In this document: one piece after another, positions 8,930 to 19,310 of the stretch | Layout of the letters: every line of letters starts with the position of its first letter | How positions within the stretch are numbered: the stretch's first letter is position 1 | Assembly: GCA_944358805.1 (NCBI GenBank) | Contig: CALVSD010000003.1 | Coordinates: 1-36,254 of the forward strand | Direction: 5' to 3' | Source: an uncultured Bacilli bacterium | GTDB lineage: Bacteria > Bacillota_I > Bacilli_A > RF39 > UBA660 | DNA: 36,254 bases | Position numbers and translations under genes: made by a program | Notes under the pieces: generated by a model | Told to the model about the DNA's origin: nothing | Seen by the model: only the letters and a program-made list of their open reading frames with translations | The model's database searches: none

Positions 8930-10004
8930 CTAATATCAAATCCTTTAATAGCTCATAAATTTTACCGGAACTATTTTTTATTCCTAATTTACTTACGTTA
9001 TTTTTTAAGGTTTCATAATTTTTTTCATTCTTTAAAACTCTATCTATTTGTTTAAATAAAACCTCTTTTGTTAAATCTTTTTCTTCAATTATTAATGCTG
9101 CTTTTCTATTTACTAAATCCATTGCATTTTTATATTGATGATTATTTGTTACATATGGGCTTGGTATAAATATAGTAGGAATACCTACTGCAGTTATTTC
9201 ACTAATAGTGGATGCTCCTGAACGAGAAACCATTACATCTACTGACTTCATAAGGCCTGGCAAATTATCAATATATGATACTAATTTTACATTACTTGGC
9301 AATATTTGTTTTTTGTTTTGTTCTAAATATTTTTTACCTACCACAAAAATCACTTGGTAATCTTTATTTCTAAAATTATCAATAAAACTCATTATCTTTT
9401 CATTAATAGTTCTACTACCCAAAGACCCCATAACTATTAAAACTGTTTTTTTATCTTTAGATAATCCATAATCTTCAACATTTACTTTTTTAGCATTAAT
9501 AGCTTTATCGCTACATGGATTACCAGTTAAATAAACTTTCTCCTTAGGGAAGCTATTTTTAGCAGACTCAAAACATACTCCAATTTTATCAGCATATCTA
9601 CTTAAATATTTGTTAGCAAGACCTACTACAGAATTTTGTTCATGAATAAATGTTTTCTTTTTTAATTTTTTAGCAGCCCAAATAACTGGTCCTGTTACAT
9701 AACCACCAGTTCCTATTACTACATCTGGTTTAAACTTTTCAATAATTTTTAAACATTCTTTTCTTGCTTTTAAATAACTTGTAATTGTTTTAATATTATC
9801 AAGTGTTAATTTTCTTTTAAATCCACTTACTTCTATTCCTTTATATTTAATTCCGTAAGTTGGTACAATATCTTTTTCCATTCTATTTTTTGTACCTATA
9901 TATAAAAACTCACTATCTGGTTCTTCTTCTTTAATTTTATTTATAATGGCTAAAGCAGGATATATATGTCCTCCAGTTCCTCCAGCACTAACTATTACTC
10001 TCAC
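8910..10004 (-). CDS. murG: Undecaprenyldiphospho-muramoylpentapeptide beta-N-acetylglucosaminyltransferase
   Basis: GGTGGHIYP, GTGGYV, HEQN, GNP, GSLG, SRSGAST, HQYKNA; GTG start; overlaps murB by 20 nt. Confidence 0.97.
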   Translation of the reverse strand: MRVIVSAGGTGGHIYPALAIINKIKEEEPDSEFLYIGTKNRMEKDIVPTYGIKYKGIEVSGFKRKLTLDNIKTITSYLKARKECLKIIEKFKPDVVIGTGGYVTGPVIWAAKKLKKKTFIHEQNSVVGLANKYLSRYADKIGVCFESAKNSFPKEKVYLTGNPCSDKAINAKKVNVEDYGLSKDKKTVLIVMGSLGSRTINEKIMSFIDNFRNKDYQVIFVVGKKYLEQNKKQILPSNVKLVSYIDNLPGLMKSVDVMVSRSGASTISEITAVGIPTIFIPSPYVTNNHQYKNAMDLVNRKAALIIEEKDLTKEVLFKQIDRVLKNEKNYETLKNNVSKLGIKNSSGKIYELLKDLILDDKRFF

Positions 10005-10127
10005 TTTTTCACCTCTTTTTGTCTATATATAATTATAACAAATAATTATTAATTTGTAATTATATTATAACAAAAAAGCACGACTTTTTACACCATATTT
10101 CTTTTATCAGATAATTAACTATTCTAA

Positions 10128-11438
10128 TTATGTATTTTGATAAATTGTTAAATCAATTATTTTTCCTACCTTTTTATAGTTATCATTAATATAGTTTATG
10201 ATTTTCCTATTTGTTTGTGTTAAAGTATCATCATAAATTTCATCTTCTCGCATTAAAAAAGTGCAAACTTTTTCTCTACATTTATATTCTATTTCTTTAA
10301 TTAATCTTATGTCACCATCTTTTCCTAAATTACCATCATTTAATAAATCAAATTTATTTATAGGTATATCAGATTCTAATTTGTAGACATAAGCTTTATC
10401 ATTAATTATATAAACATCTTTATTCTCTTTTAAATAATTAGAAACCTCCTTAATATTAGATATTGTATTATCATCAAGGATTCGCATTTTACATACATTA
10501 GTATCATTAGGGAATCTATTATTACCATTTAATATATTATTAATATTATATGCAAAAACGATACCTATAAATATAATAAATGCAACTTGAGTTACTTTTA
10601 CTACTAAATTTAACTTTGAAAGGAAATATCCTAAAACAGGTATAAAAGGTATAAGTACATGATATGTATCAAATATAGGATAAGCTATAATTTGAAAAAA
10701 TAATAAATACAGAACTTTTATATCTTTAGTTATCATATATTGATAAATTAAATATATAATTGCAATAATTGTTAAAGTTCCCCACATACTAAAAAGAATA
10801 TTATTTTCAGCAAAACTAGATAAACCTAAAAAAGCATAATCAATAAAAGATAATAAACTATCTGTAATAATTAAATATAAAAAGAAAATAATATTTGGAA
10901 TGATAAAACCTATCGTTCTATTTTTAATTTTTTTAAACTTTTTTGTTAATATACTTGGTAAGATAAACATAATTCCTATATTTTGTTTAGTTAAAAATGT
11001 TAATCCTATAAATATTCCTATCAAAAAATCATTCTTTTTATTATCTTCTAAATAAAGAATTATATATAACAACAAAATTGAAAAGAGACTATAATTAGGT
11101 AGAGAAACTAATAATAAAATTGAATAAACAATGTAGTAACTTTTATTCAATGTAATTTTCATAAAATAAAAAATACCAGTACAAATTAAAGCATTAAAAA
11201 TATGATAAACCAATAAGCTTTTACCAAATATTATAAGAAATAATGCTCCTAAAAAAGGATAAAAAGGGGTTATAACCATATTGAAATCTTTATAAGGTAT
11301 TAATCCATTAGCAATATTATAAGTAAAACCATAATTCCATATTTCATCTAAAATTACAGGATTACAAAATAAATTATATAATAATGTTACTATAAATATA
11401 CACAATAATTCTATAGCTATATACTTTTTAGACTTCAT
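10128..11438 (-). CDS. Polytopic membrane protein, GT-C (ArnT/PMT-like) glycosyltransferase-like
   Basis: About 10 TM segments; DE motif after TM1 (LDEIWNY...G.IPYKDF...TP), TKQN motif, soluble C-terminal domain. Start moved to ATG 11438 (RBS GGTGA). Confidence 0.6.
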   Translation of the reverse strand: MKSKKYIAIELLCIFIVTLLYNLFCNPVILDEIWNYGFTYNIANGLIPYKDFNMVITPFYPFLGALFLIIFGKSLLVYHIFNALICTGIFYFMKITLNKSYYIVYSILLLVSLPNYSLFSILLLYIILYLEDNKKNDFLIGIFIGLTFLTKQNIGIMFILPSILTKKFKKIKNRTIGFIIPNIIFFLYLIITDSLLSFIDYAFLGLSSFAENNILFSMWGTLTIIAIIYLIYQYMITKDIKVLYLLFFQIIAYPIFDTYHVLIPFIPVLGYFLSKLNLVVKVTQVAFIIFIGIVFAYNINNILNGNNRFPNDTNVCKMRILDDNTISNIKEVSNYLKENKDVYIINDKAYVYKLESDIPINKFDLLNDGNLGKDGDIRLIKEIEYKCREKVCTFLMREDEIYDDTLTQTNRKIINYINDNYKKVGKIIDLTIYQNT

Positions 11439-11486
11439 AAAAATCACCAATATATATTATAAACAAAAAAGAAACAGTAGTAAATA

Positions 11487-12374
11487 CTATTTCTTTTCGT
11501 TTAACATTTCACTTAATACAACACCCGCATTAGCAATATTTTGAAGTTCTGATGGAATAATTATTTTTGTTGATTGGCCATTAGCAACTTTCTCTAAAGC
11601 TTCAAAACTTTTAATTGCAAGTACTGACTTATCAGCTTTAGCATCTTTTAATAATTTAATACCTTCTGCTTCTGCTTGTTTAATCTTAAGTAAAGCTTCT
11701 GCTTCACCTTCAGCAATTTTAATTTGAGCTTGTTTTTTAGCTTCTGCTCTTAAAATAGCACTTTCTTTTTCCCCTTCTGCAATTAAGATAGACGATTTCT
11801 TTTCTCCTTCAGCTTGAAGAATTTTTTCTCTTCTTTCACGTTCTGCACGCATTTGTTTTTCCATTGCTTCTTGAATATCTCTTGGGGGTATAATATTTTT
11901 AACTTCTACCCTATTTATTTTAATTCCCCATGGATCTGTTGCTTCATCTAAGATAGCACGCATTTTCGAATTAATAATATCTCTTGAAGTTAATGTTTGA
12001 TCAAGCTCTAATTCTCCAATTAAATTTCTAAGTGTTGTAGCAGTTAAATTTTCAATTGCATTAACAGGATTCTCTACCCCATAAGTATATAATTTTGCAT
12101 CTGTAATTTGATAATATACTACTGTATCTATTTGCATAGTAACGTTATCTTTAGTAATTACAGGTTGTGGAGCAAAATCTTTAACTATTTCTTTTAAACT
12201 AACTTTATTAGCAATTCTATCTATATAAGGTAGTTTAAAATGAAGCCCATTTCCCCATGTTTGATAGTAAGAGCCAATTCTCTCTATTACATAGTTTTTA
12301 GCCTGTGGTACTATTGTTATACAAGGTATTGCAAAAATAGCCACCAAAATAAGTAAAATTATTAAAATATCCAT
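11487..12374 (-). CDS. SPFH/band 7 stomatin-like protein (QmcA/paraslipin type)
   Basis: VIERIG, VITKDNVTMQIDTV, LRNLIGELELDQTL.SRD.IN, WGIKINRVE, MEKQMRAERERR, AEGE repeats. Confidence 0.93.
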   Translation of the reverse strand: MDILIILLILVAIFAIPCITIVPQAKNYVIERIGSYYQTWGNGLHFKLPYIDRIANKVSLKEIVKDFAPQPVITKDNVTMQIDTVVYYQITDAKLYTYGVENPVNAIENLTATTLRNLIGELELDQTLTSRDIINSKMRAILDEATDPWGIKINRVEVKNIIPPRDIQEAMEKQMRAERERREKILQAEGEKKSSILIAEGEKESAILRAEAKKQAQIKIAEGEAEALLKIKQAEAEGIKLLKDAKADKSVLAIKSFEALEKVANGQSTKIIIPSELQNIANAGVVLSEMLNEKK

Positions 12375-12375
12375 A

Positions 12376-12789
12376 CTAATCTTTCCACTCCTCTACTTTT
12401 AATTTTACACTATTTATTGAAAGTACTTTTATAGTACTACCAACCTTTATTTCTTTATCACTATAAGCTGACCATAATTTACCATCAACTTTAACTTCCC
12501 CAATTCCATTCTTTTCAATTGTTTCAGTTACTTTTCCTTTCATACCAATAATTCTATCAATATTAGTCCTTTCATTATGTTTAACTTTCTTAATAAAAGG
12601 TTTAGTTAATAACATAAATAATATCCCTAATATTACAAAACTTGCAAACTGAATAAAGACATTATCAGTAACAAAAGATAAAAGCATCGCAATAATACCA
12701 CTTATTATAAACCAAATAGTCACTAAATCAACAGTTATTGCTTCAATAAAACCTAAAATAATTACTATAATTAACCACATATAAAACAT
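12376..12789 (-). CDS. Short NfeD family protein (YbbJ-like)
   Basis: Hydrophobic N-terminus plus OB-fold with GEVKVDGKLWSA; directly upstream of the SPFH gene. Confidence 0.9.
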   Translation of the reverse strand: MFYMWLIIVIILGFIEAITVDLVTIWFIISGIIAMLLSFVTDNVFIQFASFVILGILFMLLTKPFIKKVKHNERTNIDRIIGMKGKVTETIEKNGIGEVKVDGKLWSAYSDKEIKVGSTIKVLSINSVKLKVEEWKD

Positions 12790-12870
12790 AAATATCTCTC
12801 CTACTTAAATTATACTAAATAAACTTTAAAAATACAACAAAAAAACTAATGGAATTAATCCAAAAGTTTC

Positions 12871-15800
12871 TTATTCAACACTCTTTAAAGAATCTATCAT
12901 ATCTATTTTCTTTAAAATAAAATATGTCATTATTTCTACTATTATTGTAAATACAATCATTATTATAAATGTAAGTATATAACTTAGTAGATGAATATCT
13001 TTTATAAATAATAATTCTTCTGTTTCCGCAATCATAAGTACAAATAAGTTTAAAGTTACTCCTAAAAATAATCCTAATATTATTCCTATAATTGTAAGTA
13101 TTAATGTTTCTCTGTATACATAATTAGATACTTCCTTATCATGGAATCCTAATACTTTTAAAGTTGCTATTTCTCTTGTTCTTTCATTTATATTAATAGT
13201 AGTTAAATTATATAAAACAATAATTGCAAGTAAGCTAGACGATACAATTATTAAATACACTATATTATTCATACCATCAATTATATCTTCTAAAATACTA
13301 ATATTATCTTTAGTATATTGAATGCTACTAAAATAATTACTATCTATTAATTCCTCTGATAATTTATCATAATCATTATCACCTACATTAGTAATAATTG
13401 TATTATAAGTAATATCTCCAAATACTTTAGTATAATAATTTGCATTCATATAAATATAACTATTTACATAATTCTCGCATATACCTTCTACTTTTAATAT
13501 AAATAATTCATTATTACTATTTCTAATTTGAATAGTATTTCCTACTTTAACATTTAGAAGTTCTGCCATCTTCTTTGTAATAATTACACCATTATCAGAT
13601 AAAGTTAATTTATTTCCTTCTAAATCATTTATCTTAATATATTTATCTAATAAAGATGTATCTTCAAATGCAAGAACATAAGTATCTATTTTTTTATCAT
13701 CAGCACTAAAAGTATAATTTTCCATATGTGTATATAATAAGTTACTGATACCTTTACTTTCTAACAAATTATTTATATCTTCATTAGTAGTACTCTGTTC
13801 ATCTTTTAATATTAACATAGAATCATATACATGAATTTTATTATATTGGATATCGATTAAAGAACTAACGCTATCTCTTATTCCAAAACCAGTAAGAAGT
13901 AATGCTGTACAACCAGATATTCCGAGAATAGTCATTACAATTCTTTTTTTGTATCTAAATAAATTTCTAACAGTAACTTTCCAAATAAATGATAATCTAT
14001 TCCATATTATTTTTACTCTTTCAAGTAATACTTTTTTACCATTTTTAGGTGCTTCCGGTCTAAGCAATGTGGCAGGCATATATTTAAAGTTTTTATTAAT
14101 AGTAATTAAAGTTACTGATATCATAAGAATAAGTGTAATTACAATAATTGATACACAAGGAATTACTTCTGCATATGTAATTAGTTTAGGTATTATAAAA
14201 TTAGCTTTATAAACACTATATAAGATATGTGGTACATAAGCATATCCTATGGAAAGTCCTATAATAAGTCCTAAAGAAGTAGCAATTAATACATAAAATA
14301 AATAACTACTAAATATTTTTATCTTACTTATACCTAAAGATACATAAAGACCTATTTCACTTCTTTCTTCTTCAATCATTCTTGTCATAGTATTTAAACT
14401 CATTAAAAATACTACTAACATAAAGAATATAGGAAATACTGCTGCAATTGAATCTATTTTAGTAGCACTCTCATAAAAATTAGTATAACCACTATTATCT
14501 TCTCTTGATAATAAATACCAATTAGGTTTTTCTATTTCATCAAGTTCTTTACGGGCATCTTCTATTTCTTTTTCCGCTTTTTCTATTTCACTTATATATT
14601 TATCATAATTTTCTTGGTATTCTTTGTATCCTTCATCTAATTGTTGTTCACTATCACTTATTTTTTGATAATTACTTTCTAATTCTTTTAAAGCCTTGTT
14701 ATATTCACTATTCCATAATTCTTCTTTTTCAATAAGCAATTTTTCATTATTTTCTAATTCTTTCTTAGTATTTATAAGAAGTTCTAAATTACTTTTATTC
14801 TTATTTAATTCTTCTAACATAGCACTATATTTAATATATTCTGGTGTATTTGGTTCTAAACTACTTAATATATTTTCAATATTAGTTATATTATTATTTA
14901 TTTCTTCTAACTTACTATCTAGTTCCTCTTCTTTTAATCCATAATTATTTAATGCATTATTATATTCTTCTTTTCCCTGTTTTAACTTCTCTTTAGCACT
15001 TGTAAGTTCACTTTCAGTACTTTCTTTAGTTTGTTCTAATTCATTTTTACCTTGTAACCACTTTACTTTAGAGTCTTCAATTAATTTTTTATTATCATCA
15101 AGTTCTTTTTTAGCGTCTTCTAACTTTTTACCATTTTCATTTTTTTCTTTTATTAATTTATCTTCTGCTTCATTTATCTTATCAGTAGCTTCTTTTAATA
15201 TTTCTTCATATCTAATTGTTTCTCTAATAGGTTTTAAATCTTTTAATTTATTTTCTAATTTATTTATATTATCTAGATATTGTTCTTCATATGCTACATA
15301 ATTGATACTATTTTTATCCCTTAAATATATTTCCGTATAATATTCCATATCAAAATTATCTTTTGGTATATAAATATAAGTATCTAATTTACCATCTCCA
15401 ACACTAGATATTCCTTTATTTTTATATGTATATAAAGAACTTGTAATAGTACCTACTACTGTAAATTCATTATTATTGATATAGTCATTATCTTCAATTC
15501 TTATTTTATCACCAATAGCATATTTACCATCTTCGACTAAACATTCATTTTTACTATTAGGCATTCTTCCTGATATAAGATTTACTTTATTTACATCTTC
15601 TTCAATAGCATGAATTCTTGCTACATTTCCATCTACTAAAATATCAAATGAATAAGTAGGTATTACAATTAAATCATCTGATAATTCTTTAATTGATAAA
15701 ACATCATCGTCAGTAAGACCCATTGTACTTACTATTTTATAATCCATTAAAAGAGTATCATCATAATATTTATCCATAGTTTTTATCATATCACTAGAAG

Positions 15801-15912
15801 CTTCTCTTATCCCTGAGAAAAAAGCACTTCCTAAGGCTACTATTAGTATTAGTGATATAAATCTACCTAAAGACTTTTTTATTTTTTTAAAACTATTTTT
15901 ATATATTAACAT
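12871..15912 (-). CDS. FtsX/MacB-like ABC transporter permease with long coiled-coil extracellular region
   Basis: Two FtsX repeats (TMTRMIEEERSEIG; INERTREIATLKVLGF), LLRPEAPK, RNLFRYKKR, coiled coil at about aa 230-465. Confidence 0.9.
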   Translation of the reverse strand: MLIYKNSFKKIKKSLGRFISLILIVALGSAFFSGIREASSDMIKTMDKYYDDTLLMDYKIVSTMGLTDDDVLSIKELSDDLIVIPTYSFDILVDGNVARIHAIEEDVNKVNLISGRMPNSKNECLVEDGKYAIGDKIRIEDNDYINNNEFTVVGTITSSLYTYKNKGISSVGDGKLDTYIYIPKDNFDMEYYTEIYLRDKNSINYVAYEEQYLDNINKLENKLKDLKPIRETIRYEEILKEATDKINEAEDKLIKEKNENGKKLEDAKKELDDNKKLIEDSKVKWLQGKNELEQTKESTESELTSAKEKLKQGKEEYNNALNNYGLKEEELDSKLEEINNNITNIENILSSLEPNTPEYIKYSAMLEELNKNKSNLELLINTKKELENNEKLLIEKEELWNSEYNKALKELESNYQKISDSEQQLDEGYKEYQENYDKYISEIEKAEKEIEDARKELDEIEKPNWYLLSREDNSGYTNFYESATKIDSIAAVFPIFFMLVVFLMSLNTMTRMIEEERSEIGLYVSLGISKIKIFSSYLFYVLIATSLGLIIGLSIGYAYVPHILYSVYKANFIIPKLITYAEVIPCVSIIVITLILMISVTLITINKNFKYMPATLLRPEAPKNGKKVLLERVKIIWNRLSFIWKVTVRNLFRYKKRIVMTILGISGCTALLLTGFGIRDSVSSLIDIQYNKIHVYDSMLILKDEQSTTNEDINNLLESKGISNLLYTHMENYTFSADDKKIDTYVLAFEDTSLLDKYIKINDLEGNKLTLSDNGVIITKKMAELLNVKVGNTIQIRNSNNELFILKVEGICENYVNSYIYMNANYYTKVFGDITYNTIITNVGDNDYDKLSEELIDSNYFSSIQYTKDNISILEDIIDGMNNIVYLIIVSSSLLAIIVLYNLTTININERTREIATLKVLGFHDKEVSNYVYRETLILTIIGIILGLFLGVTLNLFVLMIAETEELLFIKDIHLLSYILTFIIMIVFTIIVEIMTYFILKKIDMIDSLKSVE

Positions 15913-16613
15913 TACCAGTCTATCTCCTCAACTAGTTTTGGATTTTTATTAATGACAATATCTTCTACTTTACCATTTTTAATTTTAATCACTTTATCAG
16001 CCATTTCTGATATTATGGCATTATGCGTTATTATAATAGTAGTCATTCCAGAACTATGACAAGTTTTTTGAAGTACCGATAAGACTTTTTTACCGGTTTT
16101 AGAGTCAAGGGCTCCAGTTGGTTCATCACAAAGAAGCAATTTAGGATTCTTAGCAAGGGCTCTAGCAATACTTACTCTTTGTTGTTCCCCTCCAGAAAGT
16201 TGAGCAGGAAAATGATTAATTCTATCAAGTAGTCCTACACTTTTTAAAGTTTCTTTACTATCCTTGGGATTCTTACATATTTGACTAGCAAGTGATACAT
16301 TTTCAAGAGCAGTAAGATTACCTACTAGATTATAAAATTGAAAAACAAAACCTATATCATATCTACGATAATTAGTAAGTTCTTTCTTTTTATATTTAGA
16401 TATATCTACTCCATCAATAATTATCTTACCTTTATCTGCTGTATCCATTCCTCCTAGTATATTTAATACTGTTGTTTTACCAGCTCCTGAAGGCCCTAGT
16501 ATTACTACTAATTCTCCTTTTTCAATATCAAATGAAATATTTTCTATTGCTTTAATAGTAACTTCTCCCATTGTATATGATTTACAAATATTTTTAACTT
16601 CTATATATGCCAC
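15912..16613 (-). CDS. ABC transporter ATP-binding protein (LolD/MacB family)
   Basis: [41 protein letters not shown]; stop overlaps the permease start. Confidence 0.95.
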   Translation of the reverse strand: MAYIEVKNICKSYTMGEVTIKAIENISFDIEKGELVVILGPSGAGKTTVLNILGGMDTADKGKIIIDGVDISKYKKKELTNYRRYDIGFVFQFYNLVGNLTALENVSLASQICKNPKDSKETLKSVGLLDRINHFPAQLSGGEQQRVSIARALAKNPKLLLCDEPTGALDSKTGKKVLSVLQKTCHSSGMTTIIITHNAIISEMADKVIKIKNGKVEDIVINKNPKLVEEIDW

Positions 16614-16694
16614 ATTATCACCATTCTTTCACTTAAATTATAACTTATTTTATTAATTAAAACAACACAAAAAGAAAAAAAGAACAACTTGTTC

Positions 16695-17453
16695 TTATTT
16701 ATTAACGATAACATTTATAATATCTGTTACTGTAATTCCTGATATTAATATCAAAATTGCAGCCATACTTAAAAATGGTCCAAACGGAATCATATTGTCT
16801 TTCCTTGAAAACAATATAAATAACGCTATTGGAAAAGCAATAAAAGTTGCTGCAAATATTGTAACTACAGACAAATCTAATCCTAATACCAATCCAAAGA
16901 AAAACATTAATTTAATGTCTCCCCCTCCAAGGGATTCTTTTTTAAACATAAAATCTCCTAATAGTTTTAAAGCATACATTGCTACAAATGCTAATGCTGC
17001 ATCAAGTACATGATATACTGTTATATCAAGTCCATATAAAATTAAATAAGATATTATTGTAATAACACTACCAAATACTAGTACCTCATCTAATATTATC
17101 ATATACTCTATATCACTAATAATTACTATTATTAAAATTGATACAAATATAAGGCTTATAATTAGCTCATTAGTAAACCCATATTCATGATAACATACAA
17201 CATATAATATTCCTGTAACAACTTCTATTATCAAATAACTAAGAGGTAATGTTTCTTTACATTTACGACACTTACCTCCTTGTATCAAATATGATACTAT
17301 TGGTATTAATTCATACCATTTTAATTTATGATCACATATATGACAATGCGAACTAGGAGTTACAATAGATTCTTCATTACTCATTCTAGTAGCTACTACA
17401 TGGAAAAAGGACCCCATTATACTTCCCAATATAAAAAATATAACATAAAACAT
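16695..17453 (-). CDS. pilD: Prepilin peptidase / N-methyltransferase (A24 family, PilD/ComC)
   Basis: GSFF, SHCHIC...GKCRKC zinc site, catalytic Asp (ISDIE; GGGDIKL), PFGPFL. Confidence 0.93.
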   Translation of the reverse strand: MFYVIFFILGSIMGSFFHVVATRMSNEESIVTPSSHCHICDHKLKWYELIPIVSYLIQGGKCRKCKETLPLSYLIIEVVTGILYVVCYHEYGFTNELIISLIFVSILIIVIISDIEYMIILDEVLVFGSVITIISYLILYGLDITVYHVLDAALAFVAMYALKLLGDFMFKKESLGGGDIKLMFFFGLVLGLDLSVVTIFAATFIAFPIALFILFSRKDNMIPFGPFLSMAAILILISGITVTDIINVIVNK

Positions 17454-17468
17454 AACTAATCCTTTCTA

Positions 17469-18755
17469 TTATAATATACCCTCATACATTGAAAACATTG
17501 GAATAATTACTGCTAATAAAATTATACCTACAATTATTGCTAAAGTTACAATCATAATAGGTTCTATTAAACTTTTTAGTTGACTAACTAATGTTTTTTG
17601 TTCACTTTGATAGTATTCAGATACTGATTGCATCATTGGTCCTAATCTTCCTGTATTTTCTCCTGTTAAAAGCATTTCATATGCAACACCTGGAAAAGCC
17701 CAATGTCCTTTAAAAGATGAAGATAAAGATTCTCCAGAACTTAAATTATTAATAGATTTTTTTATAATTTTTTTATAGATTTCATTATTAGTAACTTTTT
17801 TTAATATTTCCATACTATTAGTAATAAACACTTCATGATTTAAAAGAGAAGCAAAAGTGCCAGTGAACATTATTATTTCTTTATATATAATAATATTTTT
17901 AATAACTGGAATATGCATTAATACATATTGAACTAAAGTTCTAAAAGCAGTAACTTTTCTATATAAAAATATTATACTAAACACAATTATTAATATAGTC
18001 ATAATAATAATTGGATAATTTATTCTTACAAAATCACTAATATTAATAATAAATAATGTTATTTTAGGAAGTTCCATTCCTGATTCATCATACATTGAAA
18101 CAAAATCAGGAACAATATATATTAATATAAAAGATAGAATACACATAGCAAAAACAAATATAATACTAGGATAAGTCATTGCACTAACAACTTGTTTTCT
18201 AGTTTCATCTACATTTTTATAATAAATAGCCATATCATCTAATACTTCAGTTACATCTCCAGTAAGTTCAGATGTTTTAATCATATTAATAAGTAATCTT
18301 GGAAATACTTCTCCTTGTTTTTCTAATGCTTCACTAAAAGAAACACCTGAATTAAGTTCAAAAACAATTCGTTGATACAAATACCTATCTTTAGATTTCT
18401 TTGACTGTCTACTTAATATTCCCATGGCATCAGATAATGGTATTCCTGTTTTAATATATGTAGATAATTGAGTTAAAAAGAAAGTTAATTCCTTAGCCTT
18501 CATTTTAGATCTAGGCGATAATTGAGATAAACCAATAATTGTAGATAATTTATCTTCTTTAATACTAATTATTTCATATCCTTGACTAGATAAAAACAAA
18601 TGTACATCAACTTTAGTAAAAGCATCAAAATATCCTTTTATTTTTTTGCCTTCAGAATCTTTTACAAGATAAATATATCTATTTTTTTTATTACTTTTAT
18701 TTTTTGTCTTTTCATTCATATTAGGATTCTTCTCTTTTAGTCTATTATTGGTCAT
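17469..18755 (-). CDS. pilC: Type IV pilus / T2SS platform protein (PilC/GspF family)
   Basis: FFLTQLSTYIKTGIPL, GVSFSEAL, SELTG, SAMTYP, GENTG.L, LIEPIMIV...IIPMF; two T2SSF domains. Confidence 0.92.
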   Translation of the reverse strand: MTNNRLKEKNPNMNEKTKNKSNKKNRYIYLVKDSEGKKIKGYFDAFTKVDVHLFLSSQGYEIISIKEDKLSTIIGLSQLSPRSKMKAKELTFFLTQLSTYIKTGIPLSDAMGILSRQSKKSKDRYLYQRIVFELNSGVSFSEALEKQGEVFPRLLINMIKTSELTGDVTEVLDDMAIYYKNVDETRKQVVSAMTYPSIIFVFAMCILSFILIYIVPDFVSMYDESGMELPKITLFIINISDFVRINYPIIIMTILIIVFSIIFLYRKVTAFRTLVQYVLMHIPVIKNIIIYKEIIMFTGTFASLLNHEVFITNSMEILKKVTNNEIYKKIIKKSINNLSSGESLSSSFKGHWAFPGVAYEMLLTGENTGRLGPMMQSVSEYYQSEQKTLVSQLKSLIEPIMIVTLAIIVGIILLAVIIPMFSMYEGIL

Positions 18756-18854
18756 AAACTCTCTCTCCTTATCTTATATCATTGTAACATAAAATCTATA
18801 TTTTTTCACCATTTTTAATATTTTTCATATATTATTTTAGAAAGGGTGTTAATT

Positions 18855-19259
18855 ATGTATGGAAACAATTATTTTATGCCGTATACTATGCCAATAAGAG
18901 CCTTTAATAGAACTTTACCTATAGCTAAGACTGGATTTCTAGGAAAATTAGGAGGTGCGACAAGCGCCATAAGAGGAATTAATTGGGGAGGGTTATTAAA
19001 TAATGCTTCAAGAACTTTAGGTGTCATAAATCAAGCAATACCAGTAGTTAAACAAGCAGGACCAATGCTTAATAATATGAAGTCTATGATACGTTTAGCA
19101 AATGCTTTTAAGAATGAAACATCACCTTCTAAAATTAATAACAACCAAAATAATAACATTAATAATATTAATAATGTTAATTCTACCAATGTAATAACAG
19201 AAGAAAAAAAAGAAATAGTAAGTCAAGAAGACTATTTACCTAATTTCTTTATAAATTAA
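18855..19259 (+). CDS. VrrA/YqfQ family protein (sporulation-associated)
   Basis: GGLLNNASRTLGVINQAIPVVKQAGPMLNNMKSMIRL resembles the conserved YqfQ core; Asn-rich tail and P.FF end. Start moved to ATG 18855 (RBS AAGGGTG). Confidence 0.75.
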   Translation: MYGNNYFMPYTMPIRAFNRTLPIAKTGFLGKLGGATSAIRGINWGGLLNNASRTLGVINQAIPVVKQAGPMLNNMKSMIRLANAFKNETSPSKINNNQNNNINNINNVNSTNVITEEKKEIVSQEDYLPNFFIN

Positions 19260-19310
19260 AATTATAGACTTATATTAATTAATTTGTTAAAATAAAAACT
19301 GGTGATTGAA

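Noticed and set aside
14520-15230. Repeat-like region in the ABC permease
   Set aside because: Ordinary Glu/Lys-rich coiled coil common in this permease family; no exact DNA repeat seen.
19133-19182. AAT-rich run in yqfQ as a VNTR analogous to B. anthracis vrrA
   Set aside because: Imperfect Asn-codon run with no clear repeat unit; variation cannot be shown from one sequence.
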